NCBI GenBank assembly: GCA_905181595.1
Contig: CAJIYI010000001.1
Location: forward strand, 688,847 to 752,846
DNA: 64,000 bases
From: an uncultured SAR86 cluster bacterium
GTDB lineage: Bacteria > Pseudomonadota > Gammaproteobacteria > Magnimaribacterales > D2472
Direction: 5' to 3'
A program made the translations under genes and the position numbers. The notes beneath the pieces are model-generated. The model saw only the letters and a program-made list of their open reading frames with translations. It made no database searches and was not told the origin of the DNA. This document shows positions 23,205 through 34,152 of this stretch, in pieces. Positions within the stretch are counted from its first letter, which is position 1; each line of letters begins with the position of its first letter.

Positions 23205-26182
23205 CTAGCTTTTAACAATGCTTTGTATCATCTTGGATAGGTTATCCATTGATACATCATCTTTCTTAACTAATCCAACAACCCTTTCTTTCAATAGATC
23301 TTCCTGAACGTCTGTTAAATCTTTTCCAGAGAAAACGAATACAGGAGCTCTTTTGTCTTCAGGCACATCTTTGATGTAGTTATCAAGAAATTCAAACCCA
23401 TCCATGCGAGGCATTTCTAGATCTAGATAATTAAGCTGGCTCATCTTTTGTTCGCTCTAGACCCTCTTTTCCATCTCTGGCATCAATAGGGCGGTAACCC
23501 GCATCTTTAAGAAGCCTTGAAAGTAATTCTCTAACGTCCTTATCATCATCAATTACAAGAACTTTTTGATTTTTAGCATCCCGGCCAAGAAGGCGTTGCA
23601 CGGTGTTCACGAAATGAGACCTATCAATTGGCTTCGTTAGATAGTCATTAGCACCAAGAGATGCTGCTAGATTTGATTGATTTAATTGACTGATCATGAT
23701 GACAGGAATATCTTTTAAGCTCTTGATCAGTTTTACATTCTTTTAATAAAGACCATCCATCTCTACCTGGCATAAAACATCTAGGAGTATTAATTTAGGC
23801 TTAACTTCCCTGATTAACTCCATGCCTTTTTCGCTATTTGTAGCTCCAATAAGAGTTAAGATTGAGCTTAGATATCGTTCTTTTAATTAAATCATGCATT
23901 GCAACATCGTCGTCAACAAGAACAACTAGATTATCATCAGAGTCGAGGTTGATAACATTGCTATCAACATCGTCCTCATTGTATTCAGGACATTCACGTG
24001 GGACAGATAGCGTAAAGACAGAGCCAACACCTTCTTCACTGGTTAGCACCACTTCACCGCCCATCATTTCTGCGAATTTCTTGGATATAGGCAAGCCCAA
24101 GCCTGTTCCACCATGGTTAGCAGAAGTGGAGCGTTCGGCCTGAGTGTATTCTTCAAAAACCTTAGCTACTCCCTCAGCACTCATGCCAGCGCCTGTATCT
24201 ATCACGGCAAAATCAATAAACTCAACACCTTCAACTGATCTCGCTCTAACATCAAGAGTGACGGTACCGTTTTTTGTAAATTTAAAACCGTTGCTTAGAA
24301 AGTTGGTTAAACATTGTCTGAGTTTAGTTTCATCTTGAGACATGGACCCCATGGCACCATCAAAATTCACAACAAAGCCATTATCATTTTTAGCGGCCAG
24401 CGGCTCAGAAATATTTTTAATCGTTTCTACCATGTTCTCGATCTCAAAACTCGTAATAAACAGCTCCATTTTCCCAGCTTCAATTTTCGATAAATCAAGA
24501 ATATTGTTAATCAGCGATAGGAGATGAGATCCAGACGATGTAATTTTTTTAAGATCTGGAAGCAAGTCATCGTAACCGAGATCTTCACAATCCTCGTAGA
24601 GCATCTCACCGTAACCCAAAATTGCATTTAGTGGTGTTCGCAGTTCGTGACTCATGTTGGCAAAGAATTTAGTCTTTTGGTCACTGGCATCTCTTGCCTC
24701 ATCACGAGCTGTTTCCATTTCACCAGTTCTAGCATCAATCAGACCACCAACTTCATCAGACATTCTTGAGAAAGCTACAAGCATTAATTCAACTGATGCT
24801 TCTTCGCTGGCGTTTCGGTCTGAATTATCAGCAAGATCTTTCATTTTTTTAATGTCATTGAGAATAAGAGTTCTTGCACTCCCGTCTAGCTGATCAGCTA
24901 GGGCCGACATTTTTTCAATAATAACCTCGTCTCTTTCATGTCTTCGTTTACCTTGCTCCTCTCTAATTGACTCCATTTCAAGTAGATGAGCTTTGTATGT
25001 TTTCAAAGCTGCAGAAAGTTGACCAACCTCATCAGTTTCCGATGCAAGCATCCCTTTTCTAACAGGCATTTCTTGGGTGTGATCGCCTTTTGTTAGACCT
25101 TCTAGGACCTCAATAGCTTTTGTGATGCCTCCAAATGTCCTTGTTGTAATAAAAGCTATCAAAGAAATAATGAAGATTACAAATGAAATAGCAGCGATAT
25201 AAGTTAGGTTAAGTACATTTGCAGCTCTTAATATATTCTCACGCTCGTCCTTAAAAATAAATAACTGAGCCTCATCAGCTGATAAATACGCACTAAGAGG
25301 GAGGAGGGTAACTGAAGTACCAAGTTCAGTATCTTTCTCTGAATATCTAGAACCATATGCTTCTTTGAATGAACTTGCCTTATCAGTTAATTTTGTAAAA
25401 TTTTCTAAATCAAATAAATCATCCTCAACATTTCCGAATTGTTGGTAGTAATCGTTTAGTGAGATTAATCCAGATTCGGTGTTGATCGCAGTTCTGACTT
25501 CAAACTCATCCTCAAAGATCTCAAGACCCTTTCTAATGTCTACACCAAGTGCAATGACAGCAATGGTTTCGCCCTCAACCTTAACTGGAAATGTTAATGC
25601 TTGATTAACAGTGGAGGCTTGCTCTGCTTCACTATCTTTAATTTTTACAATGGATTGTCTTGGTCTTGAAGAAGCTTCTTTTAAAAATGAATCCAAGAAA
25701 CTAAAAAAGTCAGGTCGTGCCGCAGGAGAGCATGGGTCTACGCCCAATAAATCTAAGGCACTCCCGCAATAGATTCTTTGGCCCGTAGGTTTGTAAGCCA
25801 TGACATAGCTTAAATTTCCGTAATCTAGCTCTTCCTCAAAAAAAAGCTCAATTAAATATTGAGCATCACCTATTCTGTCGGCGCTGATAGTGTCGAGCAA
25901 AGGATTTGTGAAGATGTTACTTGGTGCTACTTCGTCTAGGAAAATTTCTGAATCTTCTTCCCAATAAGATGCATTTTCACCAGTTACTGGCAACCATTTA
26001 GACATAACATCAAACGATTTATTGTAAGTCTGATACCAAGCTGACTCATAAAGAGTTAAGAGAGACTCATTGGAAGAGTCTTCTTGGATATTCTCTCGAT
26101 AATCAAAAGAAAATATAAATATAGCTGCGACTAAGACATTACCAAGCACCCCAAACAAGAGTAACTGGAGTCTTATCGGCAT
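23205..26182 (-). CDS. Hybrid sensor histidine kinase (periplasmic sensor-HAMP-HisKA-HATPase-REC-REC), frameshifted in the 3' part
   Basis: NMSHELRTPLN, NFLSNGFKFT, DTGAGM, GGTGLGL, then two receiver domains (VLVDDD; VLVIDDD...LDLEMPRMDGF). Confidence 0.9.
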
Positions 26183-26213
26183 GATAAACCTGTGGTTATA
26201 TAATTTTAGTTAG

Positions 26214-26588
26214 TTAGTCTGCTAGCCTAAATGTAAGAACAATTTGTACATTATTAACCTTTACAGAAGTCTCGTTATAGACAGGAGGCTCGTACAAAAA
26301 TTTTCTTACTGCTTTGATGGCAGACCTATCGAAAACACCAGCAGGGCTGCTATTTACAACATATGGATCTAATACTGATCCATCGGTATCTACATCAAAT
26401 TCAAGCCTTACAGAACCTTCTACACCGAGTCTAATTGCACGACGTGGGTATTCAGGAGAAGGGTTAGAGACCCTAGTAACTTCAATTTCAGTTCCTTCTT
26501 CTCCAACATATCCCTTATCACCAGCAAAAACTGGAAAGGTTAATATCAATGCGAACAGTACAAAGAATAGTGAGTTAAATTTTTTCAT
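26214..26588 (-). CDS. Short TonB C-terminal domain protein
   Basis: PEYPRRAIRLGVEGSVRLEFDVDTDGSV...FDRSAIKAVRKF.YEP. Confidence 0.85.
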   Translation of the reverse strand: MKKFNSLFFVLFALILTFPVFAGDKGYVGEEGTEIEVTRVSNPSPEYPRRAIRLGVEGSVRLEFDVDTDGSVLDPYVVNSSPAGVFDRSAIKAVRKFLYEPPVYNETSVKVNNVQIVLTFRLAD

Positions 26589-26671
26589 AATAAGTATGGT
26601 TATGTATTAGTTAAGCCTATGTATAATAATACATTGCAGGCCAATACCACTATAATAGCAAAGATATATCT

Positions 26672-27073
26672 ATGAAAAAAGTCAAAGATCACTTAAACGA
26701 GCAAAGAATTTGGGATATTTTTACGGTATCAGAGGATTCAGACCTTTTTGAAGCATCTAAGTTGATGTACAAGAATAAGATAGGCGCTCTTATGATATCT
26801 AAAGCCGGATCTTCAACAAACCTCTCTAAATCATCTGTAGTGGGTATTTTAACTGAGAGAGACATAGTCTACGCACTATCTGGGGGAGCTGAATCCCTCA
26901 ACACTAAGACAGTTCAGACTGTTATGACTAGAAAATTAATTTTTACATGCCCAGAAACTCCAAACACTGAGGCGAAAAAATTAATGATTGAAAATCAAAT
27001 TAGACATCTTCCTGTTTTTGATGGCGAACATTTAATTGGAATAATCTCAATGAGAGACGTATTTAACGTTTAG
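26672..27073 (+). CDS. CBS domain pair protein
   Basis: IGAL, VGILTERDIV, IRHLPV, IGIISMRD. Confidence 0.88.
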   Translation: MKKVKDHLNEQRIWDIFTVSEDSDLFEASKLMYKNKIGALMISKAGSSTNLSKSSVVGILTERDIVYALSGGAESLNTKTVQTVMTRKLIFTCPETPNTEAKKLMIENQIRHLPVFDGEHLIGIISMRDVFNV

Positions 27074-27085
27074 CTCCTTACAATT

Positions 27086-28427
27086 ATGAATCTTTTCCAG
27101 CGACTGTCTTATACAGCCCTTAACCTTCCGACATCCGCGGCAGGAATGCCAATTTTTATTTTCATTCTTCCCTTTTATGCAGATGATCTAGGGCTTGGCT
27201 TATCTTTGGTCGGAATTATATTTTTCTTAGGTAGGTTTACAGATATCTTAACTGACCCAGTTATGGGTGTGTTAATAGACAAGTTCCCTTCTAAGTGGGG
27301 TAAACATAAGCATTGGGTCTTCATATCGACACCGGTATTTATGCTTGCAACCTATTTAATTTTTTTGCCACCCATAGAGGTTCCAACAGGCTTTTATTTT
27401 TTTGGTTGCTTGTTCCTGCTTTATTCAGCCTTTACCTTAACTAGCATTACTCAACTATCGTGGGCAACCTTTTTAGCTCCAAATTATGATGAGCGAACAA
27501 GGCTTTTGACATTAAGAGAGTTAATGGCGTTGCTTGGTATGTTTTCAGTAATTGCAATCCCTGCATTTGTTGAAATTAACGATCCTTCTCTAGAGGCAAA
27601 AGTTAATGCGATTGGAATATTTGTTTTAATTTGCATTCCATTCATCACATTAAATGCTTTAAAACAGGTTCCAGACTCAATGGAGGCTGGCCCGTACTGA
27701 AAAGCTAACCAATCCATTTAAAGCATTTCGCAGTTTGTTTGCCAATAAGATGCTAACTAAAATTGTTTGTGCTGCTGTTTTAATAGCTTTTTGCATGAGT
27801 TTGAACGGGGCTCTGTATTTAATATGGATGGAAGTTGTAATAGAGTTACCAGAATATTCCTCAAGACTAATGCTTTGCTACTATGTAGTCAGTGTATTGG
27901 GTCTGTGGGTATGGCGAACATTAAGCATTAAGACCTCCAAACACTTTGCTGCTGGAGTTTCATGTTTGTATGCAATTATTATCTTACTGATAGGATTTGT
28001 AGGTTATTGGTTTTTCAAGGATCTGGACGATGGTCTTAAATTAATTGCTGTAGGCTCATTTATAGTTTTATACGGGTTTGCATTCTCTGGACCTTTGCCA
28101 CTCATCAATGCCATTACTGCAGACATATCGGATAAATTAAGCTTAGAAGGCGGTGAAAATATCTCAGGCACAGTTTTCTCTTACTTAACAACTTTAACTA
28201 AAATTGGCTTTGCTCTAGCTGCAGTCATCCCTTATTTGGTGTTGGAGATGTTATGGGGGTTTGATATAAGCTTAGGCGTTGATAATTCAAGCTCTTCTAA
28301 GATGGGAATTTTTTATATATATACATTTGTCCCAATTATTAGTTATTCAATCGCGGCATATTTATTATTTTCTCACTCGCTTGGAAGGGAAGAACATGCA
28401 AAAATTAAATCAAATTTACAAAATTAA
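27086..28427 (+). CDS. MFS transporter, GPH/MelB-like, frameshift near 27700
   Basis: GRFTDILTDPVMGVLID, YDERTRL, multiple transmembrane helices. Confidence 0.82.
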
Positions 28428-28429
28428 TT

Positions 28430-28600
28430 ATGGATTATAAAAAATTTGAATGCGTAATTTGTGGCTACATATATGACGAAGAGTTTGGTGATCCAGAAGA
28501 CGGCATTCCAGCTGGCACCAAATGGGAAGACATACCAGATGATTGGGTATGTCCGGAGTGTGGCGTTAGCAAATTTGATTTTGAGTTAATAGAAGAATAA
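28430..28600 (+). CDS. Rubredoxin (not in the ORF track)
   Basis: MDYKKFECVICGYIYDEEFGDPEDGIPAGTKWEDIPDDWVCPECGVSKFDFELIEE, two CxxC motifs. Confidence 0.95.
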   Translation: MDYKKFECVICGYIYDEEFGDPEDGIPAGTKWEDIPDDWVCPECGVSKFDFELIEE

Positions 28601-28637
28601 TTAACATTTCTTATATTTTTATAATCTTGGCAGCTGC

Positions 28638-29114
28638 ATGAAGAAAATCTATCAATTATTTTTTTTGTCTTTATTTGCCTATAGCTGCGCATCAGAAACC
28701 TATCCGATGGACCCTTATGCTGTTGGCGATATTTCAATTAAAACCTTATTTGAGAACCACGAAGGTTTTCAGGATAATTATGAGGAATACCAACCTGGAA
28801 ACTTGTTGGATCCTGCATTATTTAGGGGTGTTGAAATTTATATGCTTTTTGGAACGTGGTGCCATGACAGCAAAAGAGAAGTTCCTCGGCTGCTTAGTCT
28901 GCTCAATAAATTAGATGTACCGGAGAATCAAATTAATTTGATTGGATTAAATTTCATGAAGAATGACTCTCAGGATAGAGGTAAAAAGTTTCAAATTAAA
29001 AAAACACCAACTTTTGTCTTTCTAAGAAATCAAAAGGAAATTGGAAGAATAGTCGAGATGCCTGAGATAAGCCTAGAGGCTGATCTTCTAAAAATACTTG
29101 GCTCTTTAGATTAA
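28638..29114 (+). CDS. Thioredoxin-like lipoprotein (Thioredoxin_9 type)
   Basis: Lipobox-like AYSC, FGTWCHDSKREVP, TPTF...EIGRIVEMP. Confidence 0.8.
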   Translation: MKKIYQLFFLSLFAYSCASETYPMDPYAVGDISIKTLFENHEGFQDNYEEYQPGNLLDPALFRGVEIYMLFGTWCHDSKREVPRLLSLLNKLDVPENQINLIGLNFMKNDSQDRGKKFQIKKTPTFVFLRNQKEIGRIVEMPEISLEADLLKILGSLD

Positions 29115-30103
29115 TCTAAATTTAACGCTGCGATGCTTTGAGCTTCATCATAGTCTACATAGAAAGTGGCGTATTGCTTTCTAAATTTAGCAATTGGTCC
29201 ATCCATGTCGCAAAGTACTGGCTTTAAAGCAAATTTTTTATTTTCCCAGATAGGTATGTCCTCTTTAACTTGTTTATTTATGTCTTTAATAATTGCAGCG
29301 CCTACACCACCAACTGGCTCTTCACCGTTAATTTTCTTTTGAAGGAATGCAAAACGAACAATGCATTTTTCTCCCTCAATCGGAGTGGTTGAACCAAGCA
29401 ACAAAGTATCACAAATCCCTTCAAATTTAGTTGCGTTATCTCCAGGCCCATTTGAGTAGGCAGTTATTTTTCCCTTAATGGTGCCTCGCGGAGTTTCCAT
29501 ATTAGCTTCTTGAACAGAGGTTCTTTTTTGATTGTCATAAGTTACTTCGAATTCAGGGTAACTCACCACTCCGTGAACATATTGAAAATGAGCTGCATCT
29601 ACTGCATTTTCAGCCATATCTTGAATATGGCAGTCAACAATATATTCATATGAATCAAAGTGATCAGACCACTCTGGATCTAGAATTTCTGGATAAGTTT
29701 CAACTTCGTAAGATGGCTCATCTCCATTAGGATGATACCAAGCATAGATGAGGTTATTTTTTTCTACAGTTGGGTAAGTAAATATTTTAGCTTCTTTCGC
29801 TCTAGGAGGAATATTTTTAGCATAAGGGATATTAGCTACTTTTCCATTTGCATCCCATTCCCAGGCATGAAATGGACATTCAATACAATCTTTTTTTACC
29901 AGTCCACCATGACCTAAATGGGCACCCAGGTGAGGACAATAAGCATCTAACATTGCAGCTTTCCCTGATTCACCACGAAATAAAACCTGATCTTGACCAA
30001 AATATCGAACAGCTTTCACATCACCAATTTTAAGTTCATTGGCATAACTAACTACAAACCATCCAAATGGAAGAGGCATGGGATATCTTTTAGCGGTATT
30101 CAT
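29111..30103 (-). CDS. Rieske non-heme iron oxygenase (KshA/Neverland-like)
   Basis: CPHLGAH...CPFHAW Rieske motif; ENAVDAAHFQYVH and EDIPIWENK mononuclear iron motifs. Confidence 0.88.
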   Translation of the reverse strand: MNTAKRYPMPLPFGWFVVSYANELKIGDVKAVRYFGQDQVLFRGESGKAAMLDAYCPHLGAHLGHGGLVKKDCIECPFHAWEWDANGKVANIPYAKNIPPRAKEAKIFTYPTVEKNNLIYAWYHPNGDEPSYEVETYPEILDPEWSDHFDSYEYIVDCHIQDMAENAVDAAHFQYVHGVVSYPEFEVTYDNQKRTSVQEANMETPRGTIKGKITAYSNGPGDNATKFEGICDTLLLGSTTPIEGEKCIVRFAFLQKKINGEEPVGGVGAAIIKDINKQVKEDIPIWENKKFALKPVLCDMDGPIAKFRKQYATFYVDYDEAQSIAALNLD

Positions 30104-30119
30104 AATTTTTCCTAAGTTT

Positions 30120-30992
30120 TTATAATTTTAAAAGTTTTTTAGCGTTTTCACCAAGAAACTTTGACCAAACATCATCTTTAAAAGGAACATTTTCCATTTC
30201 TGCAAAAATTTTATCAAGACTTAGGCCCATTGGAAAATAACCTGCATACATTATTTTATCTTTGCCTCTTGTATTGGCAAAGTTAATAATGTCTTCGGGA
30301 TAATGCTTCGGTGAAAACGCACTGGTTGAATAGTAAAGATTTGGATACTTCAGCATTAATTTACAAGCTAAAGCTGTCCAAGGTTCAGCACCATGACGCA
30401 TAACAAATTTTAGCTCAGGGAAATACCAGCAAACTTCATCGATGAGCTCAACTTTTTGTGGTGCCATCGGTATTCTTGGTCCTGGGACGCCAACGCAACA
30501 AAAAAATGGTAAATCTAACTCTACACACATCTCATATATGGGATGCCATTTCTCATCATTAATTGCTACTTGAGGGTGCATTCCAGAGGGAAAAGCACTC
30601 ACTGCTTTTATTCCAAATTCTTCATAAATTCTCTTAATATTAGCTGCTTCATTTGGAGTGTTTGGATTAACAGGAAGGTCAAAAAAGAAGCGGTCTGGGT
30701 AATTTTTTCCAGCTAAAATTTTTACCTCTGATTGTTCATGAAATCCAACCATGGCTTGATTGATGTGATGTTTATCCATCTCTCCAAGAGCGTACTGAAC
30801 AAAGTCATCATGTGAGCCAGTTTCAGGTATATCTTTAAACATATATTGAGCAGGCATCTTAAACATTGACTTTGACTCTTCGTCTCTTAGAAGAGGCTCC
30901 ATAAATGTATACCAATCAGATCGATCCTCCTTTTCAGGAATACCAAGCATCAAATCAACCGTGTAAATGTCTTTATTAAATCCCATGATCAA
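30120..30992 (-). CDS. Amidohydrolase_2 family protein
   Basis: GVPGPRIP, FPELKFVMRHGAEPW, KYPNLYYSTSAFSPKHYP, KIMYAGYFP. Confidence 0.85.
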   Translation of the reverse strand: MIMGFNKDIYTVDLMLGIPEKEDRSDWYTFMEPLLRDEESKSMFKMPAQYMFKDIPETGSHDDFVQYALGEMDKHHINQAMVGFHEQSEVKILAGKNYPDRFFFDLPVNPNTPNEAANIKRIYEEFGIKAVSAFPSGMHPQVAINDEKWHPIYEMCVELDLPFFCCVGVPGPRIPMAPQKVELIDEVCWYFPELKFVMRHGAEPWTALACKLMLKYPNLYYSTSAFSPKHYPEDIINFANTRGKDKIMYAGYFPMGLSLDKIFAEMENVPFKDDVWSKFLGENAKKLLKL

Positions 30993-31086
30993 AGTTTAAC
31001 TAATAAAGTCTATCGATAGAATGTAAAGTGAAAAAAAGTATAAATAGTTTATTAGGTCTTGACGAATATATATTTCACGATACCCA

Positions 31087-31860
31087 TTAGGACATGAATT
31101 CTCCACCATTAACGTCTAAGCTTGCTCCGGTAATTACCTTTGCAAGATCAGATATTAGAAACAAAGCTGCATTTGCGCAGTCACTATCGTCAGGTATTAA
31201 GCCTAAAGGAATATCTTTTGTAACATCGGCTATTACAGTTTCTGGTGACACACCCATAGCTTCAGCTGAATAATTTACATACATCTCAACCGGAGGTCCC
31301 CACATCCAGCCCATAAATACAGAATTAACTCTAATGCCCTTTGGCCCTAATTCTTTAGCAAGTATTTTGGTTGCTGTGGCTAAAGCACCCTTTGAAGCTG
31401 CGTAACCACCTTGTGTTGGCAAGGGCTTTTTAGTAATAAGACTATTGATCATTACGATCGCTGCATTTGATTCCATTTTTTTAACAGCTGCCATGGTTAA
31501 ATTCATGGTACCGAAGAAATTAGTGTTCATTGTTTCCTGCCAATCATTAAAATCAGAATCACAAATTTCTTTAAAGTCACCAGCTCTATATGCACTATTT
31601 AAAAGTCCATCCAATCTCCCGTACTGATCTATTGTCTTGCTTATCAAGTTCTCACAATCAGAAGGCTTGGTGATATCACAAGGAACAGCAATAACCTCGG
31701 AACCTGACTCTGTTATCTCTGCTTGAAGTTTATTCAACAGCTCTGTGGATCTTGCAGCTATAACTAATTTAGCACCTTCTCTGGCTGCCCCATATGCTAA
31801 TTCTTGACCTAGACCTGGCCCAATACCTGAAACAATCACAACTTTATTTTCTAGAATCAT
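31087..31860 (-). CDS. Short-chain dehydrogenase/reductase (Rv3530c-like)
   Basis: SGIGPGLG, YAASK, VNSVFMGWMWG, LDVNGGE. Confidence 0.88.
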   Translation of the reverse strand: MILENKVVIVSGIGPGLGQELAYGAAREGAKLVIAARSTELLNKLQAEITESGSEVIAVPCDITKPSDCENLISKTIDQYGRLDGLLNSAYRAGDFKEICDSDFNDWQETMNTNFFGTMNLTMAAVKKMESNAAIVMINSLITKKPLPTQGGYAASKGALATATKILAKELGPKGIRVNSVFMGWMWGPPVEMYVNYSAEAMGVSPETVIADVTKDIPLGLIPDDSDCANAALFLISDLAKVITGASLDVNGGEFMS

Positions 31861-33008
31861 AAATTCTCCTTATCTATGTATTGATTTATATACTCATTAA
31901 AATTTGTTTCTATGAATGTAGGCGCCAGACCAAATTCTTCCAGTGAGTATTGGTGAGAACCCATTTCATGCTGGTTCTCTTCTTTCCATGCAGTCATAGC
32001 ATTCTCAGCTTGGTCAGTAAAATCCTGATCTATAAATTGATAGACAATCGACATTTCCGCAATGGGGTCTTCAATCATCTTAAGAAAATCTAGATTCAAA
32101 AAATTGTCAGGATTGTCATTGCTTACCTTCATGCAGTGATTTAATACTTTTGATAATTTATTTGCCCAGTGGGAGCCAATATTATTTTTATCATAGCTAT
32201 TTGTAAGCGGTTCAAATAGGTTGGCGCACATAGAACAAAATGAAGGCACAGTTTTTTGTGGGTCTCTGTGAGTCTGAATAACTTTTGAGTCAGGAAATAC
32301 CATCAGCAGCTTATCAATAAAGCCGAGATGATGAGGTGATTTTAAAACCCATCTTTTTTTCTCTCTGCCAGGATTCTGCCATTGAAGGTACTGGAGCATG
32401 ATTTTTAACTGATTGTATGCATGAATATGATCTTGATCTTCAACCCAAGATGAATAACTAGGCAGTCTCATGAAGGACTCAGGAACCGTGCTAAAAAATG
32501 TATGTTCCAGCAGCAAGATTTCTTCGTCTGCTCCTTTGTAGTCCCATGGATGAATAGTTAATGCTTCTGGAGAAGCTGCTACCACAGCATCAACCTCAGC
32601 TTTTCCTAGGGCCATTCGCTCTGATGGATTGCCTCGCTCTTCATTAGGCAGCATTGCTGGGTATCTGCCTTCCCACCAAAGCATCGCTGTATGTCTTGGA
32701 TCAGCAGCCAGCAACCTGTGAGTCATCGTACTGCCTGTTCTTGGTAAACCTACGATGACAATTGGTGCAACTATCTGCTCATTTAAAATTTCAGGATGAT
32801 TGATCACGGCATCTTCAATCCTCAACATATTTGACAGTACACCTATGAGTCTATGGTGTTGAGCTTGAATGCCAATATCATTTAAGTCAGCCTCATTGTT
32901 AATTGAGTAAACTAACTTATTGAATCCTTCTTCAAATAGAGGATTCCCTATAAATCTTAATCCTGTAATTTTCTTAGCCTCTTCAAGCAGTTGATTTGCA
33001 TCAAGCAT
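31857..33008 (-). CDS. Sulfotransferase (Sulfotransfer_3, Rv3529c-like)
   Basis: IVGLPRTGST PAPS-binding loop, WVLKSPHHL, IQTHRDP...SFCS. Confidence 0.9.
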   Translation of the reverse strand: MLDANQLLEEAKKITGLRFIGNPLFEEGFNKLVYSINNEADLNDIGIQAQHHRLIGVLSNMLRIEDAVINHPEILNEQIVAPIVIVGLPRTGSTMTHRLLAADPRHTAMLWWEGRYPAMLPNEERGNPSERMALGKAEVDAVVAASPEALTIHPWDYKGADEEILLLEHTFFSTVPESFMRLPSYSSWVEDQDHIHAYNQLKIMLQYLQWQNPGREKKRWVLKSPHHLGFIDKLLMVFPDSKVIQTHRDPQKTVPSFCSMCANLFEPLTNSYDKNNIGSHWANKLSKVLNHCMKVSNDNPDNFLNLDFLKMIEDPIAEMSIVYQFIDQDFTDQAENAMTAWKEENQHEMGSHQYSLEEFGLAPTFIETNFNEYINQYIDKENL

Positions 33009-34089
33009 GTTCTACCTCCAAATCTGTTAATTTCTTAATCGAGACCTCAGGAATAGGGCAGCTATCCGCACCTATCCACCTAAGAAGCATAGCCCCGTTG
33101 TCTCTTCCCTCCGTAATAAGGTTGTTTTCAATGCCAAGATTTTTGTGACTCACTATTATGGTTGCTGAATTATCGGGATTCATTTTCGCCGTTGCTGAAT
33201 TTAGATGAATTGGATTATGTCTGTAGTCCAATGATTCCATCCAAAAATTTTCAAGCTGGAAGTTCCAAAATTCACAGGAGGGTATATCGGTTTTAATTTC
33301 AAGATATTCACTAGAATTAAATTCAAAGTAGCCATGCAGATAAAATATTTTTGGATCGCCTCCAGCCGCTTGAAAAAAGGCTTGATCCCCCAGAGGCAAT
33401 TGATTCTTATGATTCTTTTTAAAATCATGCACCCATCCTAAAAATGTTTGTGCCGTTCCTTTGACAAATGCAAGAGACTGCTTGAGATGCTTGTTTAGCT
33501 CATCATTTGTTAAAAGCTGAGGATCTGCAGGATTGCCTATTTTAGTTATATTTACCACAGCATGTTTTTGCGTAACTCTTCTAGAGTATGTCTGTCTAAC
33601 TATTAACATGTTTGCTTGAGAGGGCATGTGCAAGTAATTATTTGCACTTATCTCTTGCCCTAGCACTAATTTAAAATCTCCATCATCAGACACAGTCATT
33701 TCAGACAAATCAATTTCACCCAATGAGTTCATGGTCCCATCGATTGAATATCTATTTTCCTTAACCCCAAAACTAAGATACTCAACTTCACCAATGTTGC
33801 CAAATACTTCATACGAACTAGAGCCATCTATGTTTGCGTTTAGATATATGTTGTCGGGATTATCCGCACCAATTTTTGCTGTTTCATGTGACAAACTATA
33901 AAAAGATGGATTGTGTTTATTTGAGTGTTCTATGTTCATCTCAAGTGACAATCTTAATAACCTTGTAAGGTATCTGTAGCCCTCAACCTCATCTGTATTG
34001 GTTAAATCATCTTGGCTTGAAACTATATCTCCAATCGACTTAAGCTCGTCACAAAATTCATTCCAGTTTTGCTTAAATGTTTGTGTCAT
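33001..34089 (-). CDS. DUF1214-domain protein (Rv3531c-like)
   Basis: EGYRYLTR, GADNPDNIY, LIVRQTY, WNFQLENFWMESLDY. Confidence 0.78.
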   Translation of the reverse strand: MTQTFKQNWNEFCDELKSIGDIVSSQDDLTNTDEVEGYRYLTRLLRLSLEMNIEHSNKHNPSFYSLSHETAKIGADNPDNIYLNANIDGSSSYEVFGNIGEVEYLSFGVKENRYSIDGTMNSLGEIDLSEMTVSDDGDFKLVLGQEISANNYLHMPSQANMLIVRQTYSRRVTQKHAVVNITKIGNPADPQLLTNDELNKHLKQSLAFVKGTAQTFLGWVHDFKKNHKNQLPLGDQAFFQAAGGDPKIFYLHGYFEFNSSEYLEIKTDIPSCEFWNFQLENFWMESLDYRHNPIHLNSATAKMNPDNSATIIVSHKNLGIENNLITEGRDNGAMLLRWIGADSCPIPEVSIKKLTDLEVEHA

Positions 34090-34152
34090 ATTATTTCTTT
34101 TTAATTAAATAAATATATATTATGGTTAGTAGTAAATCATATAAATTTTAAG

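Noticed and set aside
23862-24893. Series of plus-strand ORFs opposite the histidine kinase, and similar antisense ORFs elsewhere in the track
   Set aside because: Antisense shadows of well-supported genes with no motifs or ribosome-binding sites
28465-28737. 90-aa minus-strand ORF
   Set aside because: Overlaps the clear plus-strand rubredoxin gene at 28430-28600
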